DNA of 64,000 bases from an uncultured candidate division Zixibacteria bacterium. GTDB lineage: Bacteria > Zixibacteria > MSB-5A5 > UBA10806. This document shows positions 57,000 to 64,000 of the stretch, piece by piece. Numbering within the stretch: position 1 is the stretch's first letter; every line of letters begins with the position of its first letter. Position numbers and translations under genes: made by a program. Location of the stretch: the NCBI GenBank assembly GCA_963817915.1, contig CAWFQL010000011.1, positions 96,001 through 160,000 on the forward strand. Reading direction: 5' to 3'. The notes below the pieces were generated by a model, which saw nothing but the letters and a program-made list of their open reading frames with translations, ran no database searches and was not told the DNA's origin.

Positions 57000-58691
57000 A
57001 TGAATAGTAAATTACGATTAGTCGCAATTTGGCTCATCCTGCCTGTATTGTTTTCCTGTGCTTTGAGGCAGGCTCCTCCGGGCGGGCCCGAGGACAAGAC
57101 TCCTCCAGGCATTGTCGAAATGACTCCTAAGTCTGGCGGCACAAACATTTCTCCAGATACAAAATTTACCATCATTTTTTCAAAATCAATGGATCATACT
57201 CAGACTGAAAATGCGATATTTCTCTCGCCGGTGTTCTGGGATTACCCCACGATAAACTGGTCCGGCAAAAAAATGACATTTACTCCTCCGCAAAATCTTC
57301 GCTCAAATTGCACCTACATATTGACAATCGGCGCGGGGGCTGTGGACGAGCACGGCAATAGACTTGGGAAATCCCATAGCTTCGCGTTTTCAACCGGGGC
57401 GCAAATCGACAGCGGCTCGATTTCCGGCAGCGTTTATTCGATTTCGGCATCCAGACCTGTATATGACATCTGGGCCTACTCGTTGAATGATACTTCTGGA
57501 ATGCGGTTTTGGACCCGAATACCTGATTATGCTACTCAAGTGGATTCGCTTGGGAATTTTTCTATTTCCTATCTCGGGAAAAGCAAATATATGGTTATCG
57601 CAATTGATGATAAAAATGACGACCTGTTTTGGGAACCCGAATCGGAGCCGTTGGGCCTGCCGCCATTCCTGATTTCCCTGGATTCAAATAACGTCCAGAA
57701 TGAAATTGTCTTTGTTCCCGAGCAGCGAGATACGTTGTTGGCAGCATTCTCCAGGGTCTCGACGATCAACAATCAGCGCATTTCAGTTGAATTTTCGCAG
57801 CCGATAGCCTTAATCGAATCACTTTCAGTCAATTCATTTAAGCTAATCACTATTGACACTCTGGCGGAGAAAATTGCCATAAGAGGGGCGTATCCCGGGG
57901 CTGAAAAGCAATATATTCTCGAAACTGATCAGCAGACCGGCAATCAAGCATATAGATTAATTGCCAATAATATCCACAGCATATGGGGAATACCATTCGA
58001 TACAATTGGCACGAGATTCACCGGCGCCGCATTTCCGGATACTGTCGGGCCATCTCTTTTGATAACAGTCCCTTCAAAGGGCTCTGAAAATACATTTCAG
58101 GATAGCGTCATTGAGCTCGGATTCGATGAAAGAATCAAGCCGCTGAATTTTGGCCAGGCAGTATCTGTGATAGCCGATTCCACCGATACATTGAAATTCC
58201 TGCCTTACTGGATATATCCTAATTATGTCCGACTTAGAATCACGGGGCGATTGCCCCATAGCAAGACAATCCATGTTGTCCTGGAGCCGAAAAACATCTT
58301 TGATGCCAGTAGCAATCCCATGCCCGACAGCGCCTTATCCTATAATTTCAAATTAGTGCCAATGGATACCTTGGGGGAGGTTACAGCGCTGGTCTACCCG
58401 GAAAGTCATTACCAATTATACGGCTATCTGACCGGTCAGGCTAAGGGTGGTCCGACCTATAAATCACGCGGTGACAAAACCGGTAAAATCCACTTCAATG
58501 CGGTAATGCCCGGTACTTATAAATTTCACTTTTTTGAAGATTCTGATAGCAACGGCATCTGGACTCCAGGGGTCATTGAGCCATTCAAGCCGGCGGAGAG
58601 GCTGTCGTTCGTTCCGGATACCGTCAAGGTTCGTTCACGTTGGACTACCGATATTGGGAGCGCAAGTCTGCCGTCTCCGAATTCCAGATAA
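57000..58691 (+). CDS. Lipoprotein with Big_5-type Ig-like domains
   Basis: Lipobox LFS-C, AP.GGP.D.TPP, L..N.TY...I, F.FSTG..IDSG.ISG, D.D.NG.WTPG, VR.RW. Confidence 0.85.
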   Translation: MNSKLRLVAIWLILPVLFSCALRQAPPGGPEDKTPPGIVEMTPKSGGTNISPDTKFTIIFSKSMDHTQTENAIFLSPVFWDYPTINWSGKKMTFTPPQNLRSNCTYILTIGAGAVDEHGNRLGKSHSFAFSTGAQIDSGSISGSVYSISASRPVYDIWAYSLNDTSGMRFWTRIPDYATQVDSLGNFSISYLGKSKYMVIAIDDKNDDLFWEPESEPLGLPPFLISLDSNNVQNEIVFVPEQRDTLLAAFSRVSTINNQRISVEFSQPIALIESLSVNSFKLITIDTLAEKIAIRGAYPGAEKQYILETDQQTGNQAYRLIANNIHSIWGIPFDTIGTRFTGAAFPDTVGPSLLITVPSKGSENTFQDSVIELGFDERIKPLNFGQAVSVIADSTDTLKFLPYWIYPNYVRLRITGRLPHSKTIHVVLEPKNIFDASSNPMPDSALSYNFKLVPMDTLGEVTALVYPESHYQLYGYLTGQAKGGPTYKSRGDKTGKIHFNAVMPGTYKFHFFEDSDSNGIWTPGVIEPFKPAERLSFVPDTVKVRSRWTTDIGSASLPSPNSR

Positions 58692-58728
58692 GAATTGACA
58701 ATTATCCATCATTTAATATCTTAGCTGT

Positions 58729-61700
58729 ATGCATCTTTTGAAGCAGGTATCGCGGATTAATTTAATATTGCCTTTCATGGTAATTTTGTCTATGGGAATT
58801 TTATCACCTGTTGTCAGCGGGGCGGCTGAATTATATCAGACAACATTTGTCCCATCTCACCCCATTATGGGCCCTTTGGAAATAGTAAATCTTAAGCATA
58901 AATCAGAACTTGTATTCGTGCAATATACGATTTCCGGCAACCGTCAAATTGCTGTTCCATACGAGGCTAAAGGCAGCAAGATAAGGCTCAATTATTCAGG
59001 GCATGATGAAATCTTAACGCTGACATTAATATTTGGCGGCGAGATAAAGGATTTTAATACACATCTGCCTGAGATAATATCCGGCAAAGACCGGATTAAT
59101 GGTCAATGGGATGATTTGATTTCATTGTCATCAGGGGCCATAATACAAGTTACCAATACATTGGAATCAAGCGTAGCCGGTGACACTACAAGTCATATGA
59201 TAGGGTTCAACACTACTACCGACACATTAAGTAGCGGTGGAATTATTATGGTGACATACCCGCCCGGATTCATAATAGATGCTATAGACAGCGCAATTTA
59301 TTCTGATAATGATCCTTCCAACGATTCCAACGAACCGCACGTAACTGCAGTCAGTGTTACAGGAGGAACTGTATTCATTCAGCTTGATTCATTGTCTCAG
59401 CAAGCAATCGCAACTTCCCGAATTGATATAAATCTTAAGCATATAGTCAATGACACAACCTCCGGTTCACGTTATGTTTACGTGCAGACAACCCGGCCTG
59501 ATGGCGAAATCGATAATAATCCGCAGATTTCAGCGCCTTTTGATATTGTGCCCGGCGCTCTTTATCGCATAAATGTCTCTCCGTCCGGCAATCTGACTTT
59601 GGCCTCCGATTCGACAATATATTTCAGCGGGATAGGACGGGATTCTTATGGCAATATTATCGGTGGACTCGTATTCGATTATCTTGTCATGCCCGATTCG
59701 CATGGCAGTATTACCAGCGGTATCTTCAGGGCGTTAAAGGCCGGAGAATGCTATGTGACCCTGACGAATGGTATTGTGACAGATTCTACGGGGCTTATTA
59801 CCGTGGAACCGGGACGGTTAAATCATTTCGGAATCGACGGTCTGCCGCTTACTCCGGTTCCCGCCGGAGTACCATTTGGAAGCGTAATGGTGACCGCCCT
59901 TGATAATCATGACAATAGAATTGTCAATTTTGCGGATTCAGTTTGGGTCACCTCTAACGATACTCTGGCTTCATTGCCGATTCATAAATTTGATCCCGCG
60001 GATTCGGGGATATTTCAATTCCCGGCGAATTCGTTTTCTCTAAGGTCTAAGGGCTCCACAAGAATAACCTTTAGCAATGGAATCATCGAAAGCATTTCGA
60101 ATCCTGTAACCGTAGTTCCCACCTCGATTCAGACGTTTGTATTCGGTTTGGGCCTGAATCAGGTGGCAGGAAATAGTTTCAGACTGCAGGTAACCGAAGC
60201 TCGCGATTCATGTTCTAATCTGACAAATGGAATCGTAGTAGTAGGGGATTCGTTAGAACCTCATTTTTCTCCCAATGGATTTCCCCCTATATTTAATGAG
60301 ATACCGGTTTCAGAAGAGGGAGTCGGATACGCGATGCAGACGCTTACCAATGCGGACACGACCGTTCTGAAGGGGAGTGTTTTTGCATCCGGCGCCGTAA
60401 TTTATACCAGTCGCATTATAGTAGAGCCCGGCAGTACAGATTACTTCGGAATTACCGACTATCCTGATACTGTTACCGCAGGCATACCGTTTTCCGGTGT
60501 CATGGTCTCGGTTTTCGATTTGTTCGGCAACTTGCAGACAAATTTCGCGGATCAAGTATATTTCACCAGCAACGATGGAAACGCTTTGCTGCCATTTACG
60601 GCCTCAAATCGATTTACTTGGCTTTCTAATAACGGCGGGCGTCATACATTCGACAATTTCTCACTTAGAACTTCCGGTATCAAGACAATCACTTTCGCCA
60701 ACGACTCGCTATCGATTACCTCTCAAAATATTGCCGTGAGACCCGCTCCAATTTCAACTTATACTCTTGTAAATCCGGGCACAATTATGGCAGGGGTAAG
60801 CCACGAACTTAGGGTTGAGAATGCGCGTGATTCACTTGCCAATTTTGCCACAGGCGAAGTAAATATTTCCGGCTTATTAAATGTGGACAATTCACCTTAC
60901 GGTATTGCGCCGACTCTAAATAGAATATCCGTGGATAGTTTTGGAACCGGGCATTCATCACAGATACTCACTTCAGCCAATAGCAATGTTATTCTTCAAG
61001 GTGACGCCAATGGTATAATTGAAAATACCGGCTCTTTCATTGTTCTGCCGGGCGATCTCGATCATTATGATATTTCCGGATTCACTGATACCCTGACCGC
61101 CGGAAATACATTCCCCGGCCCGGGAATAAATGTCGAGGTCCTCGACGCTCTTGGAAATCGAAAAACAAACTATATCGATTCAGTATATTTTGTCAGCAGC
61201 GATCCTCAACCGCAACTGCCCAATACTCAATCCTCGAAATATTACTTTAATAATTCGGGCTACAATAGATTCCCCGCGGATTCCTTTTCGCTTAGAACAT
61301 CTGGCGCGCAAACCATATCAGTAACCAACGGTACTATGTCGGCTTCATCGCAAAATATATCGGTTGCGCCAAGTATCTTGAATTCATTCAGAATTGCGGA
61401 TCCTGGTACAATAACCAGCGGAGTGCCGTTCAGTATTAATATTTTAGATGCTATCGATACCTGGAACAATCCAACTTTGGGTACTATTACTGTCTCTACG
61501 TATTCAGGAGGCGGTCCATCACCCGATGGCACGCTACCGAACTTTACGCCGATACAGCTCAATAACGGATCTGGTTCCGCGAGTCAAACTCTTTATAACG
61601 CGGATAGTACCGTTCTTTCATTATCCACTGGCGTTTTTGATTCTTTGACGGCGAATTTAGCTGTATTACCTGGCTCAGTCAGCCATTTCACTGTATTTAT

Positions 61701-64000
61701 TTATAGTCCCCAAATATCAGGAGCCCCATTCAGCGTTTCGGCATACCTGACCGCCTACGATTCCCATGGCAACATCAAACGCAATTATGATGCCTCCAGC
61801 GATACTGTCGTGATTACCGCCTCCAACGGCGGACAAATGACCAATAATATCCTGAATCAAAATGCGAGCTTCTTTAATGGTACTGCGAATCTCGTTGCTC
61901 TGAATACTACTTATTCCGGAGCTGGAGGGCCGGTAACATTCAATGCCCTATCTCAATCAGGCGCAACGGGTACATCAAACCCGGTCAATTTCAGCGCGCT
62001 TTATTGCAGCGGCCTTACGATTAATGAAACTGCCGTTTCTATCGGAGGAACGATGACCGGTTCAGTGAGTGTTCGCAATGAGGGCGGAGTCGTGGCCAAG
62101 ATAGATGATATAGGATTATACTCGGTTGGCGATCCATGGCAGGATGCGCTGGTATTCATACAACCACTGGATTCAATTGCGGCCGGCGCTGAATCGACTT
62201 ATACATTTTCGTATATTATTCCATTGGGCTTTTCGCCTTCGCATGTAAATATCGATATTCCTACTACGGCGACGATTATTGGCCGTTACGGATCATATAG
62301 TGTTTACGATACTCTTACCGGTTATCCGGATACTGTTCAAGTGCAGACTAATTCTCATCCCGGTTATGTGAACGGCTCTTTAAGCAGAGACACTTTGTCA
62401 ACGGGAGAATATTATTCACTTTCGCTCAGTCTTAGCAATTCCGGCGGCGCTGGGCTCGGCGTTTTGGATAGTTCGTATATTTATTTTTCCGATATTAGCA
62501 GCCACATATTCAGATCGAAAATTTCTACAGGCATATTTCTTCCACCGAACAGCCTGAATACTCCGGTGAATTTCGATTCGACCTTGGTCGTCGCATCATT
62601 TATTCCCGGTGATTATCAGGCCGCGATTCACTGCTTCGGCCGGGAAAATGGAATATTCGTAGTCGATACGATTGCCGTAGCAGATATAATTCATATTCAG
62701 TCTCGGGCAGTTCTCAGCTATCTTGAGAATACATTAAATCCCGATACACTCGTGGCAGGCCAGAATGCCATGCTGAGTGTTAGAGTCAGAAATAGCGGGA
62801 CATCCGAGTTTATTCTCGATAATCAATTTTCGCGCATCCATTTCGGCAATGCCCAAATGGAATTTATCGCCAATATCGATACCAGCGCCGGTCGCAGAAT
62901 AGATATTATAACCAGCGATACAACCCTGCATTTTGAACAAACCATATTATCACCGAATTTTAGCCTGGGTCAATTTACACCTGAGATTGCTATCAGGGGC
63001 AGCCAGAATGGCCGTCAAATTGAATTCAATATCGATACTAACCCGAATTCCATAAATGTCATTTCTCCATGCGCCGTTCGAATCGATTCAACTTATTCTA
63101 TTTCTCCCAACGCGCCATTTGTTAATGAGGGTCAGCAATGCTCTATACGAGTGGTAATTGAAAATACGGGAATGGAAGGGATCGATTCGGTTACTATTAA
63201 TCTTTTGCAATTCCCACGCGCGACATTTCAATCATCATTCCTGATTGAGCATCTCGATGGCGATAGCAGTATGGTCAGCCGCACATTCACTGGAGTTGCG
63301 GATTCGGTACCTAATTCAGGTCGGATTTTCAATTCAATTTTATCAGGAGGGGTAGGCAGTCGTTCCCGAATGATCGGCTTCGATTGCTCAACCATTGGAT
63401 AATACGGCGTTGTTCATGGTGGAATCCCCGGCGAATATCGTCATGCATCCCATAAATATCGTTGGCCCTGAATCCGCGCTTGATAGCATAATATCAATAA
63501 ACCAGCCGATATCGATTTCCGCTATGGCCACGAATTCGGGTCAGGCGGATATTATAGGCATTAAGAAGATGGTCTTGGATACGACCGGTTCCGGATTTAC
63601 GGTGTTGGATTCCGTAAACAGAGATTTCAATTTAGGCCAAACAGTTTCCTGGAATCTTAGAGCTCCAGGCAACGAAAGAGCTTCCTCGATTTTAAGTGTC
63701 GCTTTTCTGGATTCGCTTTTCGATAGAAATGATCTCCGATATGCAATAACACTTGGCTCTTCTTCCATAGAGTTTGTAGTCAATTCCGCTCCCACGATAT
63801 CGCATAGAGCTGAGATAGTCGGGCCGCCGGGCGCGACCGATAGTACTGTTTCCACTAATCAGGAATTTACAATTGCCGATTATTTTACTCCGGGCGGAGT
63901 ATATCAAAATTTGACCTGCAGTATTAATTTGCCATCGGGCTTTTCGACATCCGATTCGATTATCAAGCATCCTGATCCGGCCGAAAACTTCGTGCGCTGG
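58729..64000 (+). CDS. Giant secreted Ig-like repeat surface protein, +1 frameshift near 63373, 3'-truncated
   Basis: Signal peptide, S/T/G/N-rich beta content. The ORF stops at 63402 but the +1 frame (SASIAQPLDNTALFMVESP...) stays open to the window end. Confidence 0.8.
59806..61670 (+). repeat. Three tandem two-domain protein repeats of about 205 aa
   Basis: Recurring PG...(H/Y)(F/Y).I...T.AG..F...D...N...N(F/Y).D.V..(T/V)S.D...LP...FSLR..G and AG......A.D...N...SP.G..P...G.G...Q.L..A. Confidence 0.7.

Noticed and set aside
1..64000. CRISPR array, rRNA, tRNA, integrase, transposase or prophage genes
   Set aside because: No regularly spaced direct repeats, cloverleaf or rRNA-like tracts, or recombinase motifs were recognised. 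All long ORFs have other explanations.
1..64000. Apparent abundance of ATCGAT/TCGA/GATATC words as a HIP1-like repeat
   Set aside because: They mostly arise in-frame from ATC-GAT and GAT-ATC codon pairs. This cannot be claimed without a codon-aware Markov enrichment test.

Overview
A gene-dense bacterial window, mostly on the + strand, of moderate GC. The protein content suggests an FCB-superphylum diderm, probably Zixibacteria-like (inference, not a database result): there are many secreted proteins ending in a NYPNPFN/FlgD-Ig sorting-type domain, plus dockerin and cohesin-like modules. In order, the window holds two tandem hybrid histidine kinases, a polyprenyl synthase/UbiE/thermonuclease block and an NtrC-family regulator. 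Next come a three-gene cohesin-like/dockerin cluster, a CAAX protease, a Zn-ribbon/PEGA/TPR membrane protein and three secreted hydrolases (two Ntn hydrolases and a gluzincin). A type IV pilus locus follows (two pilin-like genes and pilMNOPQ, with an AMIN-PilP fusion). A long mixed operon (fatty acid-CoA ligase, manC, tsaC, phosphatase, ftcD, PHP proteins, an ECF S-component plus beta-barrel, MFS) is interrupted by an inverted DUF5678-like/aspartyl-protease cassette. The window ends with a candidate C-rich-loop sRNA, a mini flagellar-rod-like protein, a sensor kinase/NtrC pair next to a sigma54 operon, several lipoproteins and a giant Ig-repeat surface protein running off the end. No rRNA, tRNA, CRISPR array, integrase or transposase was seen. 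Seven genes are split by +1 frameshifts, most likely sequencing errors. The best leads are the cohesin-dockerin module linked to a secretion-type C-terminal domain, four sigma28-like promoters ahead of mostly non-flagellar genes, a strand-specific structured sRNA, and the AMIN domain moved from PilQ to PilP. All family assignments come from motif recognition by eye.
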